Shown: positions 47,501 to 56,477 of the stretch, piece after piece | Position numbering within the stretch: position 1 is the first letter of the stretch | Layout of the letters: each line of letters begins with the position of its first letter | Origin: Diplonema japonicum | Taxonomy: Eukaryota > Protista > Euglenozoa: Diplonemea | Assembly: GCA_964019335.1 (NCBI GenBank) | Contig: OZ025658.1 | Coordinates: 682,001-746,000, forward strand | Reading direction: 5' to 3' | Length of the DNA stretch: 64,000 nucleotides | Program-made: the position numbers and the translations under genes | The notes under the pieces: model-generated | Seen by the model: the letters and a program-made list of their open reading frames with translations, nothing else | What the model was told of the DNA's origin: nothing | Databases searched by the model: none

Positions 47501-50500
47501 GGCAGCATCTGATGGAGGCCTCTGCCCTGTTATGTGCGCTGGCTCCCCTGGTGTTCCTAGGAAGTGTAACGATGGTGTGTGGACACCTGCAGTGTGTCCT
47601 GAAGCGACCTGGGTACACGTGGAATGCTGCTCGAGTCACTTACCAGTTGGACGCACGATGCAATGCACCGCTATGGTGGGCAAGATTGGTGGGTTTACCA
47701 CGCCAGACGACATGATGGTGCTGAGCGCTAGGAGCGGCTATAGGAGTACATGGTCGCAGGCAGCCTACATAGAGGACAGTATACTCAAGAGGTCATTTTC
47801 ACTAGTGGCCCTGCTGCCTGGCACGCACACTGTCAGTGTTCTGTACGCCACGTGGCAGAATTCAACAGAAGTGACAGCCTTTGCGAGCGGTATCGAAATG
47901 ACCAGCTCTGACGGTGCAGAGCGTGGCACTGTGGTAGCTGCTGCAGCAACGCCGACCCTGTTGAAGGTCGCAGATGGCGACTTGTACTCAGCACCAGGGA
48001 AGCTTCTCTCAAAGACGCAGTACACAGATGATGTAAGTGTCGTGCTCACGTTCACCGCGAAGCAGACGCAGGGGGCCACCATCAAGCTTTCCTTTGAAGA
48101 CACAACATCTAGTATCGGCACGCTAGGTAGCCTGCAGAGCGTAGGGGTACTACACGTGGCAGTCAGTGAATGTTCCTATGAAGACAGTGCCGCGGTGGAG
48201 GGTGCGGGACTGCACACATTACCAAAACAAACGAACTGCACATCGTGTGCAGAGTGCCAGTGCAATGCGTGTGGCGTTCCCATTGACATCACGGGACAGT
48301 TGAAGCTAGACCGCACTGAAGGCACGTGCACGGGTTACGTCATGAAGCAAGGCACCTGGGTTCTGGTGGGATCGGTGGACTTACCTTCACACCTCAACAC
48401 ATCGGCAATATTGCTTGGCGCACAGATCGAGAGCGCCACCCATGTAGTATGGGGGTTGCAGGCAGGCAGTGGGAAGGTACAAACAACACCTGTCCAAGTG
48501 TCGCAAAGGTGGGACAGTGTCGCCTTCAGATCAACTATGCGCACCAGCAGCGATGCCATCGAATATACCTGGAGCAGCTCTTCAGGCGTGCAAGGTTACA
48601 GCCTGCACGGCTGGTACTACCTGACACCAAAGGAGCTTCCCGGTACCTTCACGGCGACACTGACGTTGCGATACGGTGTGTGCTGGACAGTGCACACAAC
48701 AGTTGCCATTGCTATCAACACCCACAGTGGAGGCGGGAAAGTAGCTGTTACGCCATGCGCAGATGTGATGAAGGGATCCGCCGTCACCTTCACTGCCACA
48801 CAGCTACCTGACGTGTCCAGCATAACATATAAGCGGCTGGTCAACAAGAAATACGTCAGCCTGCGCACGGCACCTGTCACAGGGGGATCATCGGTGCTTA
48901 CCATCCCCGCTCTCCCTGGTGGCGTGGTAAAGTGTATCGACCCCCCCGAGCAGCGATGCTCAACTTACATTGCGCAACAGCGCAGTGCTGCAGCCCTATC
49001 TACCCCGTGTCCTGCGAAGCCCAGTCTGGCTGATGGTTGTGCATGGCCGGCTTGCAAGTGTATTGACAAGGTCGCCTGTATGGGTGCCAAGGGTTGCTCG
49101 TACACCGATAGCACAATGCAGTGCGCACAGCAAAATTACTTGGTACCAAACAGGGATGTGCCGGTGGTGGGGTGCGAACAGTGCCAGCACCCGATGTGCT
49201 TGTGCGGCGATGCGGCCAGTTGTGTGGCGCAGCCTGGCTGTTCATGGTACAGTGGGGCATGCTACGTCACCGACAACTGCGGCGAGTGGGTCGACTTAGT
49301 CGGAGAGCACGAAGGCGGGCAGGCAGCTTTTAGCATCAAGCTGGTGCCCCCCACGGAAGAGGCCGCGGCACGCGCCTCAGAAAATATTCACAAGAAGCTG
49401 AACCGTCCTTCTACATACACCACAGACGACATCGTCATATGCAGCTCTATCATAGGGTACAAGCCTGGGTTAGAGGCATGCACCTTGGCAGGGGTACACC
49501 TTGTGCGATCGTTGGCCAATTCAAGCGACAGCGGTCCCGAGGCGTTGGCGGAAGCGCTGTTCGACACCTTACCTTTTAACAAAGACGTGAGGGTCTGCGT
49601 GGACATGTGCCCGGATGTGTTCGCGGTGCTGCAGCAGGTGGTGGACTCGTACAGTTTGCCGGCTGCCACCGCACAGCAAGTCATGGAAGTGATCAGCAGC
49701 ACACTGGAGATGTGTGCTTGCGGTGGAGGATCGACTCACAAGAGGCAAGCAAGCACCTTGCAAGGCGCGCTTGTACCAGTTTCAGGGATGGGTTATCTCT
49801 CGCAACTGCAACCAGTGCTGGAGAGCACCGTAAGGGGGACTGTACCAGGCAGTCCCGATGCATACCAACAGTACTCTTCAACAAACAAAATGTTCCACAG
49901 CAGTGTGTTGCAGGACTTCCACAGCACGCTGCGGTACGGGAGGGTGGTGGGGGACGCGAGTGGTGCGCATATCGTCTTTGCAGGCAACGAGCTGCTGTTC
50001 GCTGCCGCTTTGAACGACGTGGTGCTCGTGACTGTGACGGTTGTAGCCAAGGCTGCTGTCGTTGGCGACATCCCCTCCGCAGGACTGGTCCACGGCTCGC
50101 TAGTGTCGGTCACCGCGTCGCATGCCTTGGTCGGCATGGTCACTATCATGCTGCCTTATGCGGGCTCCCTCGGTGAAAACGATGGTTTGCGGCTTTACGA
50201 TGACACCCTCAAAGCATGGGTTCTGCCCTACGCTTGCAGCGATGTAAAGACCACAGGCTTCGTTGGTGTGACGTGCAACAAAGCAGGGCTGTGGGGTGTC
50301 AGGGTGGGTACCGTTTCTGTTTCCCTTGACACACAGGCGCCTTCAACAACTGTCCCCGTGCTTCCTGAGACGCGTGTTCCAAACGTGCCTTTCCTGACTC
50401 GTGTGCCGCGTGGTGCAGTGGTTACACAAGTACCTCAAACACCACAGCCGCCCGTGGTGCCTGGTGGGTCATCTGATAATGGTGGGAAGCAAGTTCTTGT

Positions 50501-50747
50501 GTACGTGCTGCTTGCATGTATCTTTGGTTTCGTGCTCCTAATCGGTATCATGTGCCTCTACAACTGGCGCATGCAGCTCCGAGCCAACCTTAAGCACCGC
50601 AGCAAGCACGTTAAAGCTAGCACCAAGTACGGGGACCTCTCACCTGCACGAGATAACCCGTCTCGTCTGTCCGACCCCGTAACGCCCTCTGAGTTGGAGA
50701 TGAGCATCAGAGACCCAGAGGAGGAAGAGGCTAGGCTTCCTGAATAA
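38508..50747 (+). CDS. Giant (4079 aa) type I surface protein: laminin/EGF-like repeat array, sushi/CCP repeats, C-type-lectin-like insert, REJ-like and GPS-like regions, mucin stalk, TM
   Basis: Uninterrupted ORF with a signal peptide. Dozens of HCSGHA..CTC..W.G..C..CP..Y.G..C..C..GY..YP.C units, sushi-like C..GY..C..G.W..P.C units, and TM VLVYVLLACIFGFVLLIGIMCLY. Confidence 0.92.
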   Translation: MWVVQHATVALLAVLVGSAQGVQWGFPRWVEVPSGVSHYEEIGVFHGMNIFEGTLDWRPKSGEAAAVCETYQIDMFSVCVASGAATGMRVPLMNGTCSGGTCTEGISGAQSNCTGQATYYAVLVNKNSACNWEAFVTLKYNCPFGFYGPSCLSCDRCSACNCNGNAMLSADTCTCTCDNFWTGPTCAVCPGQYSGSLCNMCGAKYIYNADRTACQACPSVTCPANQENTPDPTHTTCSCGTPTCSNGQVLTGGVCVDCTSSQHCSGHAAVVIANIYVPACECHCRNSWQGTSCEICSSQYSSVLDCGVCEGNRVQYPHCVECTNTDFCNGRATNTYGLNNNYVPADASKTACICQCRNQWTGPGCSVCDVNFAGTDCDACSTEYANYPNCTRCHASEDCNNRGLTAIKNAQGTCTCTCSGQFTPGDNCLTCPVHFGGGACDRCAVGYAGWPNCDACTVAADCSNHATSVTSNGAQAGQDLCVCTCNNSWTGDNCATCDTTKYDITSDCGDCVAGRFNYPNCAVCDLTHHCNGHASTVTDLGSGMCQCACHAGFASPSCGECIPGYAGYPVCVECTLQGTCSGHASSVAVSTDKATCECTCLGNWGNSDCSVCNPGFTGANCDSCLDGYVGSLCRQCTSVQDCSGHASSVTSTAPHTDCVCTCRNQYLNLLGQCDYCSSVYDGDCDICKGQNVGYPSCRECRTDFDCSNHASAVVYAGLNTCTCTCTNKWEGSDCSGCNLPYQASPDCNMCADGYINYPTCTQCDMQLHCSGHANSVSSTASRDKCVCGCRNFWSNDDCGMCPTQYGGTDCDECSVSHIGTPGTVCIQCSDAGHCNGRSSSVTANAQHTACVCTCTDQWGGDSCGVCSDPNRFSNTCNGCRSGYINYPTCTLCTASDCSNHVLPGGVTSNAGNTACACTCSDGWSGPTCAVCEANFLQDGNCNLCAAGFYSFPTCRPCNNALDCSGHASSVAPTATGCKCTCAGHWTGDKCDACPAIYDQLTCTECAADRITYPTCVLCDVAQHCSNHATASGSTDHISCTCTCRNGWSGTDCSVCPSNYQQQNDACSLCALGHAGSGCPVCSIATHCGGPSKGSTVQSSADRTTCECTCKNKWDAASGCSVCPLPYAGTACDACTVGWYGYPNCAECTIATHCSSHASAVAVSATGDSCVCTCTHQWSGASCAACPHPYSASPQCNSCKQDFITYPTCTACSSAVHCSGHASAAASSDGVQCTCTCNTGYIGAICDACDTNFVGYPLCTACTPTSVNCNGRATQTTPNSKQDACVCVCLDQWTGDTCSACDVKYNSLTCASCAAGRITFPACTECTDAVHCSGHGVASANGDATSCLCSCNVPWSGAQCATCPPQFAGTACDSCAPGHHNYPLCDECTNTVHCNGRATSVSANFDMTECTCVCMNHWTTAPGSSGCGVCPPPYGGAACDTCLAGYVYSLGACTLCTAATHCSSHAAQAHVTDDGTRTSCVCTQCSLQWSGPTCAACAPQYLQSTCGECETGHITYPTCTQCDVGVHCSSRATSVVSDAAKLSCTCSCTNKWTGSQCNQCVFPNSSPNCDACSTGYYKKQQGATYTCSQCTATEHCNGNAVSVTSSADSASCVCTCDSSHVGTTCEKCQNGYIDYASGCIKCTTTAHCSGHASAVTSNIAQTACECTCTTPWTGATCATCPPLYDSQCATCALGRIDFPTCTLCDVDVHCNGHATSVSVNTTTDTCVCSCAPEWGGASDCSKCSITNYGPTCQYCTSQTHCNGNAAGVVVQNATGTGCECGACVEFWEGGACGECPSKYNSTFCDSCAAGLVGSECIPCSVAVHCGVGAVTVANVADTCECGCRNKWSGVRCDDCFTPYTGSDCDECIDGYIWDGHVCTPCFLNTHCNGNAISVTSNPGNTQCVCTCRNQWSGADCAYCPPTMDGDCDRCATGYIRFSACEQCKIATYCTTGNTDAVTSNQASDGCLCACKGQWQPYTGTTLAPGCSICPDPYEGAGCDRCKPGYAGYPNCVLCTNQKHCNNRATQVTVVNDACTCACSNHWEGDACETCPEGFISSTCDGCAAGYINYPMCAQCTSEKHCNGRAAVVTTDSAQTVCGCVCLRPWEGDACDICPPTAAGAACDRCAPAHINFPDCTECLISSCNGHASAVAANALQVACVCNCLNRWQGATCDVCPLEYEGAACDRCSTGRVQYPMCIPCTTTQHCKGRADVVNTNIDRTLCICEECVDGYTGSNCHLCDVGYRQAGDACERDPAAWCVSYPATVYSGLPPSCAPTTPLGGTCELRCITGYRPVAGYTCTADGWDAPECEEAPCNTQPPVIQYGSSHCALPVAAGATCDIICVTGYHAIGVYGCQASAWVDVPECVPDPCNVYPTVPTNGNVYECILPVASTGTCVLRCASGYSESGLAVCFAGNWNAPTCLPDPCTELPPLVSNGNGDCTLPVESGGECTLQCDTGHIASPLCSITEELDMSDKVITVDGGALGMLCYEWIDTLLSREAAREACRSKGGRLAFVHDMPIETALHTYADSGKWWTGIQVQASGVNATGTFQGVDASHAAWWNEHYTNHLLTEGECCKGLPMYSGDCIRYNAQLIPDCPYEAVPCETALPSWCMYWDVGAVPRQLFHNTSAYGCHAGSWSTPDPACTPLSCDTSPPAVQNMAGLTCTVPVSHGSTCALSCVNGYAPVQPHTCDHGAWRLGACQPDNCQQQPPQVSNGELVTCTLPAEAGALCAMTCTAGHVSTKPYKCVAGAWEAGECHPTMCMTQPDAVLRGSPEWLLLPVPSGTTAELRCVEGYVPTGVYSCIAGSWVVPPPACVPAICASPPSIPHTASSSCQSNAAHGTWCEIECEQGYSDLLANQVYNATCVRGTWQFSLCVAKPCTRPATAHNGKPYDCALPLPSGDSCAVTCVAGHQPVSHWVCLSGAWSTTGACVAKSCTMQPPAVQGVASCNVPVSHNGICSAVSGCTNGRTPSSDYHCNYGNWVLPSCIKKGCPADAGCPAASDGGLCPVMCAGSPGVPRKCNDGVWTPAVCPEATWVHVECCSSHLPVGRTMQCTAMVGKIGGFTTPDDMMVLSARSGYRSTWSQAAYIEDSILKRSFSLVALLPGTHTVSVLYATWQNSTEVTAFASGIEMTSSDGAERGTVVAAAATPTLLKVADGDLYSAPGKLLSKTQYTDDVSVVLTFTAKQTQGATIKLSFEDTTSSIGTLGSLQSVGVLHVAVSECSYEDSAAVEGAGLHTLPKQTNCTSCAECQCNACGVPIDITGQLKLDRTEGTCTGYVMKQGTWVLVGSVDLPSHLNTSAILLGAQIESATHVVWGLQAGSGKVQTTPVQVSQRWDSVAFRSTMRTSSDAIEYTWSSSSGVQGYSLHGWYYLTPKELPGTFTATLTLRYGVCWTVHTTVAIAINTHSGGGKVAVTPCADVMKGSAVTFTATQLPDVSSITYKRLVNKKYVSLRTAPVTGGSSVLTIPALPGGVVKCIDPPEQRCSTYIAQQRSAAALSTPCPAKPSLADGCAWPACKCIDKVACMGAKGCSYTDSTMQCAQQNYLVPNRDVPVVGCEQCQHPMCLCGDAASCVAQPGCSWYSGACYVTDNCGEWVDLVGEHEGGQAAFSIKLVPPTEEAAARASENIHKKLNRPSTYTTDDIVICSSIIGYKPGLEACTLAGVHLVRSLANSSDSGPEALAEALFDTLPFNKDVRVCVDMCPDVFAVLQQVVDSYSLPAATAQQVMEVISSTLEMCACGGGSTHKRQASTLQGALVPVSGMGYLSQLQPVLESTVRGTVPGSPDAYQQYSSTNKMFHSSVLQDFHSTLRYGRVVGDASGAHIVFAGNELLFAAALNDVVLVTVTVVAKAAVVGDIPSAGLVHGSLVSVTASHALVGMVTIMLPYAGSLGENDGLRLYDDTLKAWVLPYACSDVKTTGFVGVTCNKAGLWGVRVGTVSVSLDTQAPSTTVPVLPETRVPNVPFLTRVPRGAVVTQVPQTPQPPVVPGGSSDNGGKQVLVYVLLACIFGFVLLIGIMCLYNWRMQLRANLKHRSKHVKASTKYGDLSPARDNPSRLSDPVTPSELEMSIRDPEEEEARLPE

Positions 50748-51007
50748 GTTACCCCTTTATTTTCTCCTTTTTTTATGCCTCCTCTCTTCTTATTTACACG
50801 TCTTTCTTCTTTTTAGTTACAAAAAAAGGGGGTAAACTCACCCTCTTCTTTTTCTCTCCCCCCCCCCCTCGAAGCCAGTTTGTTCCCATTCTTATTTACA
50901 TTTATTTTGTACAGAAATGAGCTTTTTATTTGTTTCCCTTTCCCCCCCCCTTTGTTTTTCCTCAAAAAAAAACTCAAAAAAAAAAAAGACAGAGTCAAAC
51001 CGACAAA

Positions 51008-52627
51008 ATGGACGGTCGCAGAATGGAGGTGGAAGACATGATGAAGTTCGGGATCTTCATGTCGAAGTTCCACTCTGACCCGTTGGTGAACACAATGATC
51101 TGCGCGGCGATCGTGGCGGGGATGGCGTTCCTGGCGTCAACGGTGGAGCGCGTCCAAGAACCGGTAAAAAAGGCCGCAAAGAAAGCCCTGGCCGCACTGG
51201 GATGGCCGCAGACGTACACACACACCATCGAAGCCGTCGAGATGAAGGACCTGTGGTCCGGCGTTATCATAGAAAACCCAGGCGCACCGAGAAACCGCAT
51301 CCTGCTGAAGGCCATCAGAATGTACATGACTGAGAAGCGAATCGGACTGTCGCAAAACGGCGCAGTATTGGAGCTCCACCACAAGAAAATTTTGAAAAAA
51401 GACAGACGAGGCAACGACGACGACCAAGAGCACGAGGCGAAGAAGGCGGCAGATGCGGAGTACGCCATACACTCACTCCCCCCTCTCTCTCAAGACGAAG
51501 ACGCACATCCCAGATGGATAACCGTGGCTCCATGTGTCGAATTTGTACACTACGAAGTAGATGTCCCAAAAGTAAAAGGCACAAAGTTTACATACAGGTT
51601 CCGTTCACACGCGCACGACGGGAACGACAGGATCCACGCCTTCATCAAGCAGTGCTTCGTGTGGTACAAGGCCCATGTGAAGGAGACGGAAAGCGAGGCA
51701 AAAGGTATCTACCTGTACCTCCAACACCTATCGATCGGGGCTGGTAAACCCACCAACCAGCCTGTCGTCTGGAAACGCTTCCGGTTGGCGAACAAGAAAA
51801 ACTTCGAAGCGTTCTTCCACCCCGAGAGGCAAAACCTTCTCAGGCTCGTCGGGAACTTTCTGAACAAAACTGATAAGTTTTCCAAGGCGGGTTTCCCCGA
51901 CAAGCTGGGCCTGCTTCTATACGGCCCCCCCGGAACTGGCAAGACAACTCTGATAAAATGCCTCGCGAAATACACAAACCGAAACATAGTGAACATCAAC
52001 CTTGCGAGGGTCAAGACCAACCAGGAGCTGATGGAGATTATGTACTCGCAGAGATTTAACGTAATGGGCGAAGATGACCATGTGTCGCTGCAGCACAACC
52101 AGGTCATCTTTGTACTAGAAGACGTTGATGCAGCAAGCAATGTTGTTTTGAAAAGAGAAGGTCTGGGTAGAACAGGCGCGACAACGGCCATTAAACACGA
52201 GAAAGAGGAGAAGGAAGACGCGCCTGTTGAAAACCTGCTGAAGTTTCTTCTCACATCGTCCACCAAAAAACCAGAAACCAGCGATCGCCTGAACCTATCA
52301 GGCGTCCTTAACGCCCTCGACGGTGTGGTCGAGACCCCTGGCAGGATGGTCGTAATGACAACAAACTTCCGTGGATCGCTAGACCCCGCGCTGATCCGGC
52401 CTGGTAGAATCAACAAGGAGATCAAGCTGGACTACATCAAGCGTGATGAGGCCAGGGAGATGATTAGATACTATTACGACACAGATCCCCCGCAACACCT
52501 CATAGACACATTCTCCGAGGAAAGGTTCACCCCGGCTGAGCTGGAACAGTTCTGTTCTGAACACTCGTCAGTAGAGGCTTTGTTCAAGAAGCTGAAGGTT
52601 GTCATCAGTGTGCAGCCACGACGGTGA
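51008..52627 (+). CDS. BCS1-like AAA+ ATPase (paralog of 36282..38372)
   Basis: N-terminal hydrophobic segment; GLLLYGPPGTGKT, VIFVLEDVD, LNLSGVLNALDGVVETPGRMVVMTTN, LDPALIRPGRIN. Confidence 0.9.
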   Translation: MDGRRMEVEDMMKFGIFMSKFHSDPLVNTMICAAIVAGMAFLASTVERVQEPVKKAAKKALAALGWPQTYTHTIEAVEMKDLWSGVIIENPGAPRNRILLKAIRMYMTEKRIGLSQNGAVLELHHKKILKKDRRGNDDDQEHEAKKAADAEYAIHSLPPLSQDEDAHPRWITVAPCVEFVHYEVDVPKVKGTKFTYRFRSHAHDGNDRIHAFIKQCFVWYKAHVKETESEAKGIYLYLQHLSIGAGKPTNQPVVWKRFRLANKKNFEAFFHPERQNLLRLVGNFLNKTDKFSKAGFPDKLGLLLYGPPGTGKTTLIKCLAKYTNRNIVNINLARVKTNQELMEIMYSQRFNVMGEDDHVSLQHNQVIFVLEDVDAASNVVLKREGLGRTGATTAIKHEKEEKEDAPVENLLKFLLTSSTKKPETSDRLNLSGVLNALDGVVETPGRMVVMTTNFRGSLDPALIRPGRINKEIKLDYIKRDEAREMIRYYYDTDPPQHLIDTFSEERFTPAELEQFCSEHSSVEALFKKLKVVISVQPRR

Positions 52628-52814
52628 TAGGGGATATATATATAATGGGGACTTTTTTAGTGTACAAAAAAAAAAGGTCAGTTTTTATTATTTTTGTTGA
52701 AACTGTTTTTGCGGGAAGAAAAAAAAAAAAGGAATGTTTAAAAAAAAAAAAAAAAAAAAAAAAAGGTGTAACGCAACACACGCATATTTATATTTAAAAA
52801 AGAAAAAAAGAAAA

Positions 52815-53096
52815 ATGGCGTACTTCCCCCAGCCTGCCGCCGGTGGACACAAGTCCATCTCTCTGGAGAAAGAGCTTCGCGACAGGGGCCTCCATGCCAG
52901 TGCCAATGCGGTGGCAAACGGTGAGCTTGTTGATCCTGTTCAGTTGAACCAGATTGAGCAGGCGGACGTGGACATGAGGGTGGGCAGCCCCGACAGGTTC
53001 CGCACTGGGCAGTACAACGCCCACATTGACGCTGAGTTGTCCCTCCCCCCTGAGCACAGGAGCCCCAGGAGGGCAATTGCGCCCCCTTCATACTGA
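52815..53096 (+). CDS. Small hypothetical protein (93 aa)
   Basis: GC-rich, homopolymer-free ORF MAYFPQPAAGGHK... starting after an A-run, co-oriented with neighbours. Confidence 0.65.
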   Translation: MAYFPQPAAGGHKSISLEKELRDRGLHASANAVANGELVDPVQLNQIEQADVDMRVGSPDRFRTGQYNAHIDAELSLPPEHRSPRRAIAPPSY

Positions 53097-53439
53097 GAAT
53101 AAATGTTTTTTTTTTTTTTTGCTTACTCCCCCCACAACCTGTTTGTAAAAGCCCCTTCCCCCCTTTTTTTTTGATCTCCCATACTTATAAGAAAGAAGCG
53201 AAAGGGTTTTGAAAAAGAAAAAAAAAAATACTTTTTCATTTTTTTTTTTTTCCTGCCGCTTTTTTTTGTTTTTTTTTTTCTTTGTTTTCTCTCCCCCCCT
53301 GTTGTCTCCATTTTTTTTTCTTTCGCGTTTTGTTACCTTTTTTTTTTTTTTGGTCCTTCTCCATCCTGCTCAGTTTTTTTCAAAGACACCCTCAAAAAAA
53401 AAAGAAAATGTGGGGCGGGGACATCCACAAACCTCTTCA

Positions 53440-54873
53440 ATGCCTGAAAAAGTATTCAAGACAGAGGTTGAAAACCAACCCGAAAAAGAAAGCCTAATCG
53501 AAAGAATACTGGATGCCATGAGTTACAAGGGCAAACTGCGCGAGAATTGGGTAGACCGAGCAGGGGAAGCCGAACCAGGGGCAGGAATATTCAAGAAAAA
53601 GCCCACCCGAAAAATGGTGAGGCTCGCCGCGTGGATCGCTGTGGTAAAGCACCACGAACACGCACTACTAAACCATGAACATGGAACACAGTGGTCCTGT
53701 GGGCTCACAATAGAAATCGAAAATGCCACGCTACAACATATATCAGCTGTTTACGGCTCCATCATGACAAAATACACTGAACACTGCCCAGTACGAGGCA
53801 GAAGCTACCAGGCTTTAGACCGATACCTCTCTCACTTCACCTCTTCCCTCCCCACCTACATCCTGAAGGAGATCGTATCCATAACGCACCATGCTTCCTC
53901 AGGCTACACCCATCTCGTGCAAAGCCTCACGCTTGCATGGCTTACCGGCAAACCACCTCCAAAGCCAACCATAACACCAGCCACTGTTCCTCATGATAAA
54001 TGGTTCGAGTTAGGCATGCGGACGGGAGCAACACATCGTGCCAGTGGGAATGAGAAGAGTATCCAAGCGTATTTGCAACCATGGGCTGCGGGGAAGCCTT
54101 CCCCAGCAATGCTGCCGTACCTGAAAGGGAAGAATGTGTGTATGACGAACAGCAAGAAAATGGTAAAAGTCTTCATGGGCAGCCCGCAGGACAAAACAGA
54201 GTTCGTTGAGTACAAGACGCTGACCCTCCCCGTGCTGGACAGGTGCGCTGCGGTGATCGCGGCAGAGGAGGCGGACAACAGACAAGACCGGGTCGTCAAG
54301 AACCAAATGTGCAAAGAAGAACGGGAGCTTCACGAATATTACGTAGCCAAAACACTTGCCGGCCATGCCGCACTGCACGCGCTCAACATGGAGCAGAAGG
54401 AAACCCGTGCTGCGGAGCAACGGAACTTCATGGCAGACTTCTACGAAGCGAGAAAAGTAAGGCGTCTGCACCCAATGACGCTGAGGCGCATGGAACCCGA
54501 GGAACAGGGAGAACCGCAAGTGGAGCAGCACAGCGACACGCAGAGTGAAGAGTCTGACGACGAGGGCATCGCGGTGCTGCGCGAATTAGTGACGCGAGAC
54601 GCCAGGACGTCCATCGCCACGTCCCTCACATGCTACGCGAAGTACAGGGAGAGGCGCAGGCTACACCGTGCCAAGAAGCTGGAGTGTAAAAAGCACAAAA
54701 AGAAACCCCAGGTTCACAACACCATCCCGGTCATCGACAGGAAGGTGCTCTCCTCTGTCTCAACCAATGCCACCTTCTTCACTCCTATTCCCCCTTATTC
54801 GTCGCCAAGGCTGAAAACCTGGCGCTGCCGGCACCCATCACCCCACACACAACAGTCCTTACCAGCACTGTAG
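53440..54873 (+). CDS. Hypothetical protein
   Basis: 477-codon ORF from the first ATG after the low-complexity leader. No family recognised. Confidence 0.75.
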   Translation: MPEKVFKTEVENQPEKESLIERILDAMSYKGKLRENWVDRAGEAEPGAGIFKKKPTRKMVRLAAWIAVVKHHEHALLNHEHGTQWSCGLTIEIENATLQHISAVYGSIMTKYTEHCPVRGRSYQALDRYLSHFTSSLPTYILKEIVSITHHASSGYTHLVQSLTLAWLTGKPPPKPTITPATVPHDKWFELGMRTGATHRASGNEKSIQAYLQPWAAGKPSPAMLPYLKGKNVCMTNSKKMVKVFMGSPQDKTEFVEYKTLTLPVLDRCAAVIAAEEADNRQDRVVKNQMCKEERELHEYYVAKTLAGHAALHALNMEQKETRAAEQRNFMADFYEARKVRRLHPMTLRRMEPEEQGEPQVEQHSDTQSEESDDEGIAVLRELVTRDARTSIATSLTCYAKYRERRRLHRAKKLECKKHKKKPQVHNTIPVIDRKVLSSVSTNATFFTPIPPYSSPRLKTWRCRHPSPHTQQSLPAL

Positions 54874-54979
54874 TCAAAAAGAAAGAGAATTGTGTTCCCC
54901 CCCCCTTTTTTTTTGTTTCCACGATTAAGTTTTTCCCAAGGGGGTTGGCAGGGAGGAGAAAAAAAGTAAAAAGAAAAGG

Positions 54980-56477
54980 ATGGCGAATGTCACGAGACTG
55001 AAGGAACTGTTCCCCGCGGTGGCTCCCCGAACGGTATGGGGGATTTCATTTCCCCACCCCACCCCCTATTACACAGATTAAAGAGGTGCTGAGCTCTGTA
55101 GGGGGCAACCTGGCCAAGGCTGCAGACAGGCTGGTAGAGCTTGGCGCGAACAAAGAAGGTTCAAAAAGTGAACAGGCAAAGGAAGCACAACCGGTGCAAC
55201 AAAAGTCACCGAAAGAGAAAGACAAAGACAAAGGAAAAAGGAAGGAGTTAGCTTGCGTGGGACTCTTGGCAGGGCTAGTAGTATGGATGGCGGCGTACCC
55301 TGGAAAGGTGTGGAAAGAGCGAACAACCGTCGAGAAATTCGTCATTTACGTACTGTTCACGAAACTGGAGCTTGAGGACTGTAAAGAGGGCATCATCGCT
55401 GCACAGCTTGCTGCGTGTTGTGGTGTCGAAGAGAACGCACGGTTCATCGCCAGACAACTTCTCCGCCCGCACAAACTGACAACAATGGCTGTCAAGCGGT
55501 ACGCCAAGGTTCTTGCTCTCACAGCCCCACGCATACCCCACGTGCTGGACCTGTTGCTTGAGAGGATAAGGTACTCCTTGGAATCGACAGTAGTGTCAAA
55601 CGCTCGCAAAAAAGTAAACCCGGAACCTAAAAAACAGTACACATGGGGGGCCCCTACCGTGGAGGGACAGTACAACACCGAGAAGCTGACGGCGTCCGAG
55701 GAGCGCAGTGTTCAGGAACTGAACGCGAAAAAAGGTTTCCAAAAAACTGTTTCGCTGTGTGCGTTGCTCGGGGAGCTCACGGAGCTCGGGTCTGTGAGCA
55801 TGGCGGTGACTTGCGAGACTATTCTAATGATCTGCTGCTGCTCTCTGAAGAATGACCACCCCACCTCGACTCTTCGGATACACATGGTCACCTCTATCTT
55901 GGCGCCCATTCAACAAAGCACCCCCTTCCTTCGTGCGGTGCTCCCAACGTTCTGTCTGTACTGTACAAGCAAGATGCCACTGTCACCTGATGTGCTTGGT
56001 GGCATGCTCCAAGCACTGCAGAAGATGTCCCCTGAGAACCCATCCATCGAAGCGCTCGGCAGCACCGAGACGGAGGCCCTCCTCTCGACTCCTTATGGAC
56101 TGACATGGCTGCGGTACATTTCACATATGCGGGACACGTCTCAAGCCAGTGATGGCAGTTTGTCAAACCTGACAAGCCGCACTTCAATATGGCCCATTTC
56201 CGCTCCATGGGCGGTCACTTATTTCCCGCTTGGCACGGAACAAGCGGCGAACCCCCCCGATGCAACAGCTACCCCCGCCGCCCCGCCCCGTGGCCGAGGC
56301 AGGACCAAGAACGATGAAAACTCCTTTCTTAAATCGTTGTTTGACGCCACTGTAACGGCAGACGTGATGGCGAACAAAGACGAGACTCCCCACACTGCGG
56401 GGCGGGGAAGGGGGAGGGGCACCCGCATGCCTGGCGTTACCCAGGGTGTTATCAAGATATCCGAAGTTTCGTATTGA
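54980..56477 (+). CDS. CUE-domain plus MIF4G-like protein; join(54980..55033,55077..56477)
   Basis: Splicing GTATGG..ACACAG (55034..55076) yields MANVTRLKELFPAVAPRTIKEVLSSVGGNLAKAADRLVEL (CUE-like FP and di-hydrophobic motifs). YAKVL..LLLERI..SLCALLGEL...V resembles MIF4G. Confidence 0.72.
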
